In this document: one piece after another, positions 38,028 through 46,781 of the stretch
How the letters are laid out: every line of letters begins with the position of its first letter
Numbering within the stretch: the stretch's first letter is position 1
Source: Eubacteriales bacterium
GTDB taxonomy: Bacteria; Bacillota; Clostridia; Oscillospirales; CAG-272
DNA length: 64,000 bases
Assembly (NCBI GenBank): GCA_045587385.1
Contig: JAZNCE010000048.1
Location: 9,797-73,796 of the forward strand
Reading direction: 5' to 3'
Notes under the pieces: generated by a model
What the model was told of the DNA's origin: nothing
Seen by the model: only the letters and a program-made list of their open reading frames with translations
The model's database searches: none
Program-made: the position numbers and the translations under genes

Positions 38028-39287
38028 ATGGAAAAGATCATTATCAACGGCGGACTTCCCCTGAATGGCGACGTGTATATTGACGGCATGAAAAATGCTG
38101 CCCTGCCTATCATTGCCGCTACCTTGCTTTGCCGGGACACCTGTATCATCGAGAACGTGCCTGCCGTCAGCGACATCGCTATGCTGCTTGACATCATCAA
38201 GGGCATGGGTGCCCGGGTGGAGTATCTTGACAAAACCGTCGTCAGCATCAACGCTGCAAACGTGCAGCCCGGCAGCTCCCCTTACGATCTCGTTTGCAAG
38301 ATCAGAGGCTCGGCATACATCATCGGTGCAGAGATCGGCAGATTCGGCACGGCACACGTCGGCTATCCCGGCGGCTGCGATTTCGGTGTTCGTCCGCTTG
38401 ATTTGCACCTGATGGGCTTTGAGGCACTGGGTGCAAAAATCTCCGTTGAGCAGGGTTATATCAACGCCGTCTCCCCCATGGGGCTGCACGGCAACTCCAT
38501 TTATTTCCGCCTCCCTTCCGTTGGCGCAACCGTCAACTGCATTCTTGCCTCCGTTTTTGCCGAGGGCGTGACCACCATCGAGGGTGCCGCTCAAGAGCCC
38601 CACATCGTTGACATGGTCAACTTCCTGAACAACTGCGGCGCAGACATTACCGGCGCAGGCACCTCCAGCATAAAGGTGCGTGGCGTGAAGCAACTCAAGG
38701 GTTGCCGCCACACCATCGTCCCCGACATGATCGAGGCAGGCACTTACATGGCTGCCGCTGCTATGACAGGCGGCTGCGTATGCGTGCATAACGTCATCCC
38801 CAAGCATATGGAATCGGTCTGCTCCGTTCTCGCAAGAATGGGCGTTAAGCTGGATATCGGCACCGACACCATCACAGTACACAGCGACGGTAAGCTGATT
38901 GCGACCGACGTTGTAACCCAGCCCTACCCCGGCTTCCCTACCGATATGCATCCCCAGATCAGCGCGCTGATGTGCGTTGCAGACGGCGTTTCCCGCATGA
39001 GCGAAATGGTATGGGATAACCGCTTCAGATACATCAACGAGTTCCAGAAGATGGGCCCGATGATCTCCGTTGCAGACAGAACCGCATCCTTTACCGGCAA
39101 CCAAAAGCTTTCCGGCGCGCCCGTGGTCTCCACCGACCTGCGCGCAGGTGCGGCACTCATTATTCTTGCCCTTCGTGCACAAGGCACCTCGCAGATCTCC
39201 AAGATCTCGCTGATCGAGCGCGGCTACGACAACATCGTCGGCAAGCTGGCAGCCTTGGGAGCGGACATCAAGAGAGTGGACGAATAA
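38028..39287 (+). CDS. murA: UDP-N-acetylglucosamine 1-carboxyvinyltransferase
   Basis: Start MEKIIINGGLPLNGDVYIDGMKNAALPI after GGAG. Full-length MurA-like sequence, with ...GGCDFGVRPLDLH at the catalytic-Cys loop region. Confidence 0.85.
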   Translation: MEKIIINGGLPLNGDVYIDGMKNAALPIIAATLLCRDTCIIENVPAVSDIAMLLDIIKGMGARVEYLDKTVVSINAANVQPGSSPYDLVCKIRGSAYIIGAEIGRFGTAHVGYPGGCDFGVRPLDLHLMGFEALGAKISVEQGYINAVSPMGLHGNSIYFRLPSVGATVNCILASVFAEGVTTIEGAAQEPHIVDMVNFLNNCGADITGAGTSSIKVRGVKQLKGCRHTIVPDMIEAGTYMAAAAMTGGCVCVHNVIPKHMESVCSVLARMGVKLDIGTDTITVHSDGKLIATDVVTQPYPGFPTDMHPQISALMCVADGVSRMSEMVWDNRFRYINEFQKMGPMISVADRTASFTGNQKLSGAPVVSTDLRAGAALIILALRAQGTSQISKISLIERGYDNIVGKLAALGADIKRVDE

Positions 39288-39314
39288 TTCACACAAACAA
39301 AACACGCCTCCCCT

Positions 39315-39344
39315 TGGCGCACCTGCTCTATCGCAGGTGCGCCA
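39315..39344 (+). terminator. murA terminator hairpin
   Basis: TGGCGCACCTGC-TCTATC-GCAGGTGCGCCA; the T-run is weak. Confidence 0.45.
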
Positions 39345-39519
39345 GTTATATTCGCCTCCGGCGAGTGATATGCACAAGTGCGTGATATTGCCTATGGCAG
39401 TGATATACGCTTCGCGCGTTGGGTTTTCGGGCGAATATAATATCACTGCGACCATCGGGAGCAATATCACTACGAGTGAAACGAGTAATATCACGCCGAG
39501 CAAATGCGAAGCATATCAC
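39345..39519. repeat. Second 7-mer-punctuated array: three GTGATAT units with mini-hairpins, then four inverted ATATCAC units
   Basis: TTCGCCTCCGGCGA | GTGATATGCACAAGTGC | GTGATATTGCCTATGGCA | GTGATATACGCTTCGCG... then ...AATATAATATCAC, GCAATATCAC, GTAATATCAC, GCATATCAC. Confidence 0.75.
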
Positions 39520-39558
39520 TTTTGTTCGTATTTGTGTCCACAAATGCAGTGCTTGCCA

Positions 39559-39607
39559 AGAAAAAAAGGATAGGGAACGCAAAGCGTGATGTTCTTATCG
39601 GAGAAAT
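39559..39607. repeat. Putative attL: host half-site AAGAAAAAAAGGATAGGGAA plus element half-site GTTCTTATCGGAGAAAT
   Basis: The host arm (39559-39577) is the inverted repeat of 57782-57800. The element arm (39591-39607) is a 16/17 inverted repeat of 57752-57768. Confidence 0.65.
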
Positions 39608-39626
39608 CACAAAAAACCGAATAGGA

Positions 39627-39672
39627 CAAGAAAACTCCATCATGGACAAAAGTCTGTGATGGAGTTTTCTTG
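39627..39672 (-). terminator. Terminator of the minus-strand cargo operon
   Basis: Perfect 16-bp stem CAAGAAAACTCCATCA / TGATGGAGTTTTCTTG with a 14-nt loop. T-rich tract downstream on the minus strand. Confidence 0.6.
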
Positions 39673-39754
39673 TTGCTTACCCTCCAAAACTTGCGTCGGA
39701 GGAAGCAAAGAATATACTTGGTGAAAAAAGCATAGTGAGATTAGCGACTTTTTG

Positions 39755-40444
39755 TCATTTGATTACAAGTTCTATGGATATAAGAGTCAACTTACCATCA
39801 TCAGTAAAGTTGAAAACACTTATACAATCAGCAAAATGATTTGCGTGCCAACCCATACTGGCGTATTGTTCTAATAATATTTCCTCCACTCCGTCATTAT
39901 TGATGTCAACTACCTCCACGGTTTTGAAACTATCAATCATGAAATTAGGAGATCCTTTGGGCGAACCATCTGCATTAAACAGATACGAAAACAGATAAGT
40001 ATCCTCCTGCACGACATACTCTTTCTCATATCCGGTTTCTTGGTGCCTGAATATGATCGCGCCGTCTCTAACCGTTACTTCAATATCCATGTTCTTATGG
40101 GCGGATAAGTATTCTGCAGAATCGAATACTACTTTGTCGTATTTATTATCTGCATCGGATTTCCCATAGATGACGGTGTGATATTGTCCCTGCCCTCCGA
40201 AAATGTCCAGTAAAGATTGTTGGCATAAGTAATCCGGTGTTCCATCCCCATCGCTATCTAATAAAGAAAATTCTTTATAAAGCGGAGATTGGGTGTGAAA
40301 TAATTGATTATTGTCTTCCGTTTTGGATGGAACGTTACTTTCCATTTCTACATTTTCCTCATGCTCGCCTGAACACGCACTAAAAGAATATACACAGACA
40401 AATACCGCGAGTAGTATGGTCAGGACTCTTTTTACCCTTTTCAT
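39755..40444 (-). CDS. Lipoprotein with DxDxDG (FG-GAP/VCBS-like, Ca-binding-type) motifs
   Basis: MKRVKRVLTILLAVFVCVYSFSAC lipobox. DSDGDGTPDY and DINNDGVEE. Confidence 0.6.
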   Translation of the reverse strand: MKRVKRVLTILLAVFVCVYSFSACSGEHEENVEMESNVPSKTEDNNQLFHTQSPLYKEFSLLDSDGDGTPDYLCQQSLLDIFGGQGQYHTVIYGKSDADNKYDKVVFDSAEYLSAHKNMDIEVTVRDGAIIFRHQETGYEKEYVVQEDTYLFSYLFNADGSPKGSPNFMIDSFKTVEVVDINNDGVEEILLEQYASMGWHANHFADCISVFNFTDDGKLTLISIELVIK

Positions 40445-40469
40445 TGAAAAAATATTGATAGACATATTA

Positions 40470-40691
40470 TCATCGCTCGTATTCATACCACCAACAGCCT
40501 ACCCGTTCACTCGGATAGACCCAAGCATTGATGTGGGAATTACCACACGCAATTTGTCCATATTTATTCTTGTTTTGGTGTTCTGCGTACCGGCAATCAC
40601 TACAATTATTGCTACTGCAAAAGCTTCCGCAAGGAATCTTTATCTTATTCTGAGAAGTCTTGTTGTTCTGGTTAATCTGATTGTTTTTCAT
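40470..40691 (-). CDS. 73-aa Cys-rich protein with N/Q/K-rich N-terminus (unknown)
   Basis: Strong RBS (AAGGAG, 8-nt spacing). Six Cys, including CGSFCSSNNCSDC. No signal peptide. Confidence 0.55.
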   Translation of the reverse strand: MKNNQINQNNKTSQNKIKIPCGSFCSSNNCSDCRYAEHQNKNKYGQIACGNSHINAWVYPSERVGCWWYEYER

Positions 40692-40729
40692 AATAAAAAT
40701 CTCCTTTAAATAAATTTTTTGGTTGTCAG

Positions 40730-41152
40730 TTAAATAATGTTTATCGGTTCATCAAAAATGATCACTCTATTCAGCATTCTCTCAGCTTTGTACCCGTATA
40801 GCTTGTTTTCGGAAATAACGTATACGGGAAAATAGAGGTGGTCGATGTCAGGTGGCATAGCCATCATAATATACTCAATGTATGCCTTATCCGCGGAAGA
40901 TAATGTACATTGATTGTTCAAATGGCTGTGTACTATACCTGCAAAACGCCATCGTTGCCAGCGCTCAATAACTTCATTTAAATACTCCACGTTTGGGGTA
41001 TACATATACCGATTGATGTCTTCGATTCGATCAAAAACCACTTCGCAGATGTCGTCCGCGCGGTCTGCTCCGAGCACGGCTCCGATTTCGTGATCACAAG
41101 CCCCTTGGGATGTGTCAGCAATAAGATCGTAAATTTCCTTGTATATCGTCAT
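40730..41152 (-). CDS. Stand-alone JAB/MPN+ (JAMM) metallopeptidase
   Basis: Exact HxHx7Sx2D motif in GIVHSHLNNQCTLSSAD, with an upstream Glu (DHEIGAVLG). AAGGAG RBS. Confidence 0.75.
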   Translation of the reverse strand: MTIYKEIYDLIADTSQGACDHEIGAVLGADRADDICEVVFDRIEDINRYMYTPNVEYLNEVIERWQRWRFAGIVHSHLNNQCTLSSADKAYIEYIMMAMPPDIDHLYFPVYVISENKLYGYKAERMLNRVIIFDEPINII

Positions 41153-41162
41153 GGGTTTCTCC

Positions 41163-42182
41163 TTAAGATTTTTTGTGCTGAGCTTTGAAGAAAGCTTCTT
41201 TGCGTTTGTTCGATTTACAATATGGGCAGGAGTAGAGACCTTTCTTATATTTGTGTAGTGGATTTTTCTTGCACGTATTTGTTATCTCTTTTTCATAGGC
41301 AGATAGTGCATTGAAATACCATTCAATCGGAACATTTTCGCCATTGAAAGTCTTTTGAAATAAATTTTGCAGTCGATAGGTCAGGCATTTATATGGCAAA
41401 CTGTAAATCGGGGGTTGATATCCTGCCGGACATTGTCCCTGTACATAAGGAAACTGGTAATTGCACATCAGCTCTGTGGGCTGTGGAACATTTTCGGTTG
41501 TGTTTCCTTTAGCAACTCCGACAGCGAAAGGATGGGCATCTATGATCAGTTGGAAGAGCATTAACGCTAAGGCAAAAATATCACTCTCCATTGAGAAAGT
41601 CGGCAAGGGCGCAGTTTTAAGCGTTTCTCCCTTGGGAATCGAGTTAGCAACGATTGAATACTCAGGAATACATACGTCACAACGGAAAACCTTGCCGCTC
41701 TTTTGATCTGATATATGCCATGAATCAACATCAATGAGTCGAACAAAGCCTGTGACGGGATCGATTAAAACGTTGAATGGATTAAGGTCACCAATCACAA
41801 TACCAGCCTCTTTGTGAATCGAGTACAGCAGTGCAGTCATGTTCTTTGCGATTGTACAGCGTTTTTCCATGTCAAGTGATTCGTCATCCCAGATCTCATT
41901 CAGCGGAACACCATTGACTCTTCGCATTACGAATCCCACGCACTTCCCGTTTCGATACAATATGTCTTTCGGATAAGCAATCTGGTCTTCGAGATTTGCC
42001 GGAACGCCCAATCTCAACATCGTTCTCAACTTTTCTTCTCGATATGAATTACAAAGCTCAGGCTTGTAAAGCTTAGCTATAGCACCGCTGTAATTTACCA
42101 CTTCAAAGATAGTAGCTTCACCGCCTCGTCCGCATTGTTTGCCAAGGATATAGCGACTTCCGAGCAAAGATTGATATTCCAT
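41163..42182 (-). CDS. Ser/Thr protein kinase-like protein (TerY-P-type) with C-terminal zinc-ribbon-like CxxC
   Basis: Start MEYQSLLG after AAGGAGG. G-loop GRGGEATIF, AIAKLYK (Lys), catalytic loop IGDLNPFNVLI, IDVDS in place of DFG. C-terminal CPYCKS. Confidence 0.75.
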   Translation of the reverse strand: MEYQSLLGSRYILGKQCGRGGEATIFEVVNYSGAIAKLYKPELCNSYREEKLRTMLRLGVPANLEDQIAYPKDILYRNGKCVGFVMRRVNGVPLNEIWDDESLDMEKRCTIAKNMTALLYSIHKEAGIVIGDLNPFNVLIDPVTGFVRLIDVDSWHISDQKSGKVFRCDVCIPEYSIVANSIPKGETLKTAPLPTFSMESDIFALALMLFQLIIDAHPFAVGVAKGNTTENVPQPTELMCNYQFPYVQGQCPAGYQPPIYSLPYKCLTYRLQNLFQKTFNGENVPIEWYFNALSAYEKEITNTCKKNPLHKYKKGLYSCPYCKSNKRKEAFFKAQHKKS

Positions 42183-42196
42183 ACAATCCTCCTTTC

Positions 42197-42904
42197 TTAG
42201 ATTTGGGGCAAAGGAAACACGTTCCACGCTTCATATTTTTCCTTGGGATAAGGAAGCATACAAAATCCATCATAAGAAACCTTATTTTCTGCACATATAG
42301 CTACGGTCGGATCTAACGGATACCACTTGTCCGAAAGGCGTATTAATGCCCAAGCGTGAGGCACACCGTCATGCGTTCCTTGAACGCAAACAAGCGGAAT
42401 ATCTAATAAATCAGCGCAGATCTTGTAAGCTAATGTTGCAGCTTTGCAAATTCCTTTGGCATACAACAGAGGGCCTGCCGGGGTATGTGCAAACTTATGC
42501 TTTTCGTATTCAAAATCATAGACCACGTGCTTGGAGAAATACTCGTACACCGCTTTAGCTTGCTCAACTTTGCTATTGCTCACAGATTTAGCGTACGCGG
42601 CTATTTTTTGTGCTTGATTTTCCATTTCCAATCGTACAACCTTATCTTTTTCAGAATCCAAAAAATAATGGAATTCTACGCAGAAGACCAATTCATTATA
42701 TGTCTTGAACGTGTATTGTTGAAAAAATGAGATGTTGGGATGCTCGAGAATGATACAATCAATAATTTTTTCAAGATCCTCCGGTCTGAGGAAAGGCACG
42801 AAGGTCCTCTCCTCGTGATTTTTCAATGCTTCCAATAATTTCATGTAAGTTTGCTGTAGATGTTTCGGTAGAAACTGATAATAATAAACATAAGTATTAT
42901 TCAT
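42197..42904 (-). CDS. Transglutaminase-like cysteine-peptidase-fold protein
   Basis: Cys-His-Asp arrangement GICKAATLAY...VPHAWALIRL..KWYPLDPT. Its start overlaps the PP2C stop by 8 nt. Confidence 0.65.
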   Translation of the reverse strand: MNNTYVYYYQFLPKHLQQTYMKLLEALKNHEERTFVPFLRPEDLEKIIDCIILEHPNISFFQQYTFKTYNELVFCVEFHYFLDSEKDKVVRLEMENQAQKIAAYAKSVSNSKVEQAKAVYEYFSKHVVYDFEYEKHKFAHTPAGPLLYAKGICKAATLAYKICADLLDIPLVCVQGTHDGVPHAWALIRLSDKWYPLDPTVAICAENKVSYDGFCMLPYPKEKYEAWNVFPLPQI

Positions 42905-43970
42905 TTCTTTTCCTCAACAGTTTATCAAAAGCAAGCTTAATCCTTTTGAGAAGTGATTCGCGGATAGCATCTTGGGACTTGTCTGTTACGACCGCATCCC
43001 CTATTTCCGTTTGATCGGTCTCTGCGTCGAGAGTTGCATACAAAAGTTTACGCCTTTTTTTGAAGAGCTGCTGCCAATCCGGGGGCATATAGTATTTCGG
43101 GGGTCTTGCAGAAGGGATCACATTTGTAGAACATATCAGCGCCGTCTTGTCATCAGTTATAGAGTCCAACAATAGAAACAATCCAGCTGATTTTTTTATA
43201 CTGCCCATAACGTTCTGTGCAACGGATTTATTCAATCCGTATTTGCGTAAAGATCTAAACATGGCCGTATAGACCAAATTACGAGAAATTGCTTTTGGAT
43301 TATCCACAAGATCCGATAACGTTACCCCTTTGTGTTTTAAATACCTGATCGTGTTGGAATCGGAAAGCAACATCAAAAGCGGAACGTATAGTCCATCGGT
43401 GTCTTCAATTGCCGGTTGCCTGATTTTGTCCATAATTCCATCGGTGGCGCATATAATCGAAACTATTTCTTGATCTATTCGATCTATGTGCCAGTATTTT
43501 GCGCCCGAACGCAGTGTAAGGACACATTGATCGACTCTTTGGCAAGGTGTCAAGTTCACATATTTACCGTTGGTTTGCTGAGCTATGATGCCGCCATCTC
43601 CGCAATGCCCGTAATAAAAAGTTGAGGTGACGTAATCATAAACAATGACCATTAAAGTAGTGTCGTACTCCGCAAGGTCCTCTTTGGCTTGATCCGCTTG
43701 ACGTTTTATATTTGAAAGGGCTTTTTGATAGGCCGTACGAATAAGAGATTTGACAACAAGCTCGTTTCTGTCTACCAATGGATAGTTTTCAACAATAAAT
43801 GTTGCAACAGTCTCCACTGCAAGACTGGATCCCTCGCCGCCGCATTTAGCAGATCCTACGCCATCCGCGATTGCAGCAACAAACAAATCTTCCTCGTGGA
43901 GGACGCAATATGCGTCCTCCGAAGTTTTGTGATGCTTTCCCGGAACGTAAGCAACATTACATTTTAGCAT
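42897..43970 (-). CDS. PP2C-family Ser/Thr phosphatase
   Basis: SEDAY, AIADGVGSAKCGG, HCGDGG, CATDGIMD metal-binding Asp blocks. GGAGG RBS. Confidence 0.75.
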   Translation of the reverse strand: MLKCNVAYVPGKHHKTSEDAYCVLHEEDLFVAAIADGVGSAKCGGEGSSLAVETVATFIVENYPLVDRNELVVKSLIRTAYQKALSNIKRQADQAKEDLAEYDTTLMVIVYDYVTSTFYYGHCGDGGIIAQQTNGKYVNLTPCQRVDQCVLTLRSGAKYWHIDRIDQEIVSIICATDGIMDKIRQPAIEDTDGLYVPLLMLLSDSNTIRYLKHKGVTLSDLVDNPKAISRNLVYTAMFRSLRKYGLNKSVAQNVMGSIKKSAGLFLLLDSITDDKTALICSTNVIPSARPPKYYMPPDWQQLFKKRRKLLYATLDAETDQTEIGDAVVTDKSQDAIRESLLKRIKLAFDKLLRKRNE

Positions 43971-44002
43971 AGCATAATGACCTCCAGGACAAAATGGAAT
44001 AA

Positions 44003-44725
44003 TTACCAGTCAGATGGCACTACGGCGAATCCCTGAGGCAAGGGTCCTAGCTGACAATTGTTGCCATCGCTAATAGCGCGGCTATAGGAGATAGTCGATA
44101 TGCTCTCAGAAAGCCAGTCAAACAATCCCGAGAGAGCCCCTTCATCGGTGCATTGAATCGTCCTTTTACTGAGGCTGGCAAGAGTTTGCATATCTGTGTT
44201 CTCAAGTCCAACCCCACAGCAGAACAGTCTGATTTTTTTCTGATCTTCACGTTCTCGCAATCTTTTTTTGGCTTCTTCCAAACTATCCGAGGGAAGGCCG
44301 TCTGTAACAACCATGACAAAAGGAGTAAATGCTGGAGTGCCGATAGATGAATAGACTCTGTTTCTTTCTCTGGTTAATTCAATAGATTTGATGATTGCCT
44401 CACCAAGAGGCGTGGTACCTTCCGCAACTATTTCAAGTGGGGGCTGTTTTACAAACTCGGCCATAGGTATCCAATCTTGAATCACCTTTACACCACGCCC
44501 ACCAAATGTTAATACGCACACATCCACTCTCTTCAACGTAATCGGGTCGGATGAATTAGATTTCTTAAAATTTTCGATTCCGTCAATAACGGCTTGGAGC
44601 TTTGATCCGTTGTTCATTGACCCTGATTCGTCAATCGCAATAACTGCCGCCAAATGCCCCTCCGAACAGGCTAAAATTTCGTTATAAGGTGCCTGCTTAA
44701 TTTCAATAGAGTTGTTAGTTGACAT
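44003..44725 (-). CDS. TerY-like von Willebrand factor A (vWA) protein
   Basis: MIDAS DESGSM, TPLGEAI and VVTDGLPSD. 240 aa, no signal peptide. Confidence 0.75.
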   Translation of the reverse strand: MSTNNSIEIKQAPYNEILACSEGHLAAVIAIDESGSMNNGSKLQAVIDGIENFKKSNSSDPITLKRVDVCVLTFGGRGVKVIQDWIPMAEFVKQPPLEIVAEGTTPLGEAIIKSIELTRERNRVYSSIGTPAFTPFVMVVTDGLPSDSLEEAKKRLREREDQKKIRLFCCGVGLENTDMQTLASLSKRTIQCTDEGALSGLFDWLSESISTISYSRAISDGNNCQLGPLPQGFAVVPSDW

Positions 44726-44784
44726 ATTTATTTCCCTTTCTCATTATCAATTATTATTTTAAAATCGTTGATTTGTATAACGTC

Positions 44785-45324
44785 TTATTTAACCTTTATG
44801 TTTGTAATAGTGCAGTTCTTCGCTTGGTATGTCCATGTTCCGTTCATATAGGGATCTCTCGCTCTTCCGTAAGGATATTTATACATCAAATCGTGTACAG
44901 AAACTCTGCAATTGTCATTCCGAGAGCAAATGTTCTGCTTAGCTACCAAGTATTCAATCGTAATTTTGTATGTCACACCTTTCTTAAGCCCTTTAAGAGT
45001 TGAAGATACGGAAGAAGGTGTAAGATCAAAGCTATCTTTAATATAGAACACTTTCGTACCGTTAATGGCAGGGGTAATTGTCAATTTCAACTCCGGAGCA
45101 TCACATCTATGACCGTAAGCCTTTGCCCCAGTAGATGTGAACTTAATTGAAGCGTTATTACCTGTCGCACGAACCGTAAAGGTTACTTTTGAATCAGCAT
45201 TAAAGGTGCGTGGTGTAGTGGATGCAGCTGACGCGCTAACGCTGAAAACACTTATGCTCGAAAGCAACACTGTGCAGAGGCAGAGGATGGAGATGAGTTT
45301 GGTGAATGTTTTTTTGATTTTCAT
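44785..45324 (-). CDS. Secreted beta-rich protein (unknown)
   Basis: Signal peptide MKIKKTFTKLISILCLCTVLLSSISVFSVSASA. AAAGGAAG RBS. Confidence 0.6.
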   Translation of the reverse strand: MKIKKTFTKLISILCLCTVLLSSISVFSVSASAASTTPRTFNADSKVTFTVRATGNNASIKFTSTGAKAYGHRCDAPELKLTITPAINGTKVFYIKDSFDLTPSSVSSTLKGLKKGVTYKITIEYLVAKQNICSRNDNCRVSVHDLMYKYPYGRARDPYMNGTWTYQAKNCTITNIKVK

Positions 45325-45457
45325 GTTAAAAATCTTCCTTTCTTTGATAAAATATGGTTTGATTGTGGTGGACCTCTCCTTAATTTAAGAAACCTCCTCT
45401 CTTTTTTGGAGAGATCCGTTAGGTGGATTTATATAATAAATTGTTTGAACTCTGAAA

Positions 45458-46369
45458 TTAGAGGCAGGCCGCGAAGATTGTAAAAAATCCTTTGTGATCT
45501 TTTTTGGGATGTTCATACAGAAAATCATCGTTCGATTCGTATGTGGCACGGTCATAGGTGAAGTACAAATGGATCTTTTTGCCAAGTCTGCTTGTCAAAT
45601 CAGCAAGTTCTGCGGCGTGGGTTTTATCCTCTGCCACTATGATTACGGATAACTCATCGCCAATTTTGATATTTGTATTGGATTTTCTGTGTTTATATAG
45701 TTTGATAACTCTCTCAAGCTTATCCATGAGATCATCGTTAGCAGTAGGTGTTCTTCTGGCAACCTCAACAAAGCTACGTACAACCTCGTCATTATCATCG
45801 AGAATCATTGCCGTGGGTCTCACGATTATGGAGGCCTTCTGATTTTCATTTTTTGCCTCTACAAAGGCAACATTAGCCACTTTGATATTATCATATTTGC
45901 CAGCGATCAAAAGCTGGTTTGCTGCGAGGATACGTTTGTATCCGAATACGTCTAATTCCGATAAGTAACCACCAAGTCTGTATCGAATTCCCTCAGATGC
46001 TAACAGGGACACTCCGCGACCGGCGATAATATACCCTTTTCCGGAGAAGTATCCTGTCGCGGATTCAAACGACAATTTTTGGACGAATCCTGAAGCCGAC
46101 AATTTCTTTAAGTGCCACTGGATTTCGTGCTTTGTGTAGCTATAGCCCTTATTTGTAAAAAGACGAAACAACAATTCCGACGTAACTACAAGGTGAACGG
46201 AAAGAGCTCGACAAATCTCTCGATCAAGATCAACGATTAAAATCGAGGTGGGCCTGTCAACAGTGTGTCTGCGAACGTATTCGCTATCATAGTCAAACAC
46301 GCTGAACGGACTCTTCTTTTCGTCAATTATGGTTGTATTTTCTTTCATATTTAAATTCTGAATTTTCAT
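45458..46369 (-). CDS. wHTH protein, replication-relaxation-family-like (possible D..ExK nuclease-type motif)
   Basis: wHTH-like segment DREICRALSVHLVVTSELLFRLF...HLKKLSASGFVQKL. YDNIKVANVAFVEAK. GGAGG RBS. Family call is tentative. Confidence 0.4.
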   Translation of the reverse strand: MKIQNLNMKENTTIIDEKKSPFSVFDYDSEYVRRHTVDRPTSILIVDLDREICRALSVHLVVTSELLFRLFTNKGYSYTKHEIQWHLKKLSASGFVQKLSFESATGYFSGKGYIIAGRGVSLLASEGIRYRLGGYLSELDVFGYKRILAANQLLIAGKYDNIKVANVAFVEAKNENQKASIIVRPTAMILDDNDEVVRSFVEVARRTPTANDDLMDKLERVIKLYKHRKSNTNIKIGDELSVIIVAEDKTHAAELADLTSRLGKKIHLYFTYDRATYESNDDFLYEHPKKDHKGFFTIFAACL

Positions 46370-46505
46370 TATTATGTATCCTCCAAAAAATTATTGTCAT
46401 CGGATTGATTGGTAACAATGACCATCATCTCAAATTATCGTGAAATATATGTGAGAGTGCCTTATCAAGGCGGTCGAATTAGTATCTTCATTATATAATC
46501 ACCTC

Positions 46506-46781
46506 TTAAGCGACATCTTCAGCAAACTGAAGAACGCTTTCAATCACTCCTCTTGGGAAGCGATCTTCAAAGAGTTTTGTGATATATACGAGGACTTGGC
46601 TGCCTACGCTCCATCCTCCGAACACATAGCTCATAGCAGACTTGCCATTCTCAAGCTGAAGCTCTACGATACATCCGGATGGTGTCCTTCTGCGTACGAT
46701 TCCTTGATAGGACGAATAAAGTTCCACATCTTGGTTGTTGATACTTGAATTTACTGGTGAATTATGATATAATATTTCCAT
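46506..46781 (-). CDS. Small OB/S1-like protein (unknown)
   Basis: GGAGG RBS. YQGIVRRRTPSGCIVELQLENGKSAMSYV...GSQVLVYITK resembles the S1/OB pattern. Confidence 0.4.
   Translation of the reverse strand: MEILYHNSPVNSSINNQDVELYSSYQGIVRRRTPSGCIVELQLENGKSAMSYVFGGWSVGSQVLVYITKLFEDRFPRGVIESVLQFAEDVA

Noticed and set aside
39337-39582. 78-aa ORFs on both strands across the heptamer array
   Set aside because: The periodic NIT/SDI-type translations are a by-product of the DNA repeat, and there is no RBS.
40470-42904. RiPP (lasso- or lanthipeptide-like) cluster: Cys-rich small ORF plus transglutaminase-like protease plus kinase
   Set aside because: No lactam synthetase (Asn-synthetase-like), cyclase, dehydratase, radical-SAM or exporter gene is present. 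The kinase, PP2C and vWA genes together fit the TerY-P triad much better. The idea is kept only as a remote alternative.
44003-44725. Tellurite-resistance (ter) operon
   Set aside because: Only a TerY-like vWA protein is present. No TerD/TerZ/TerE, TerC or TerB homologs occur in the window.
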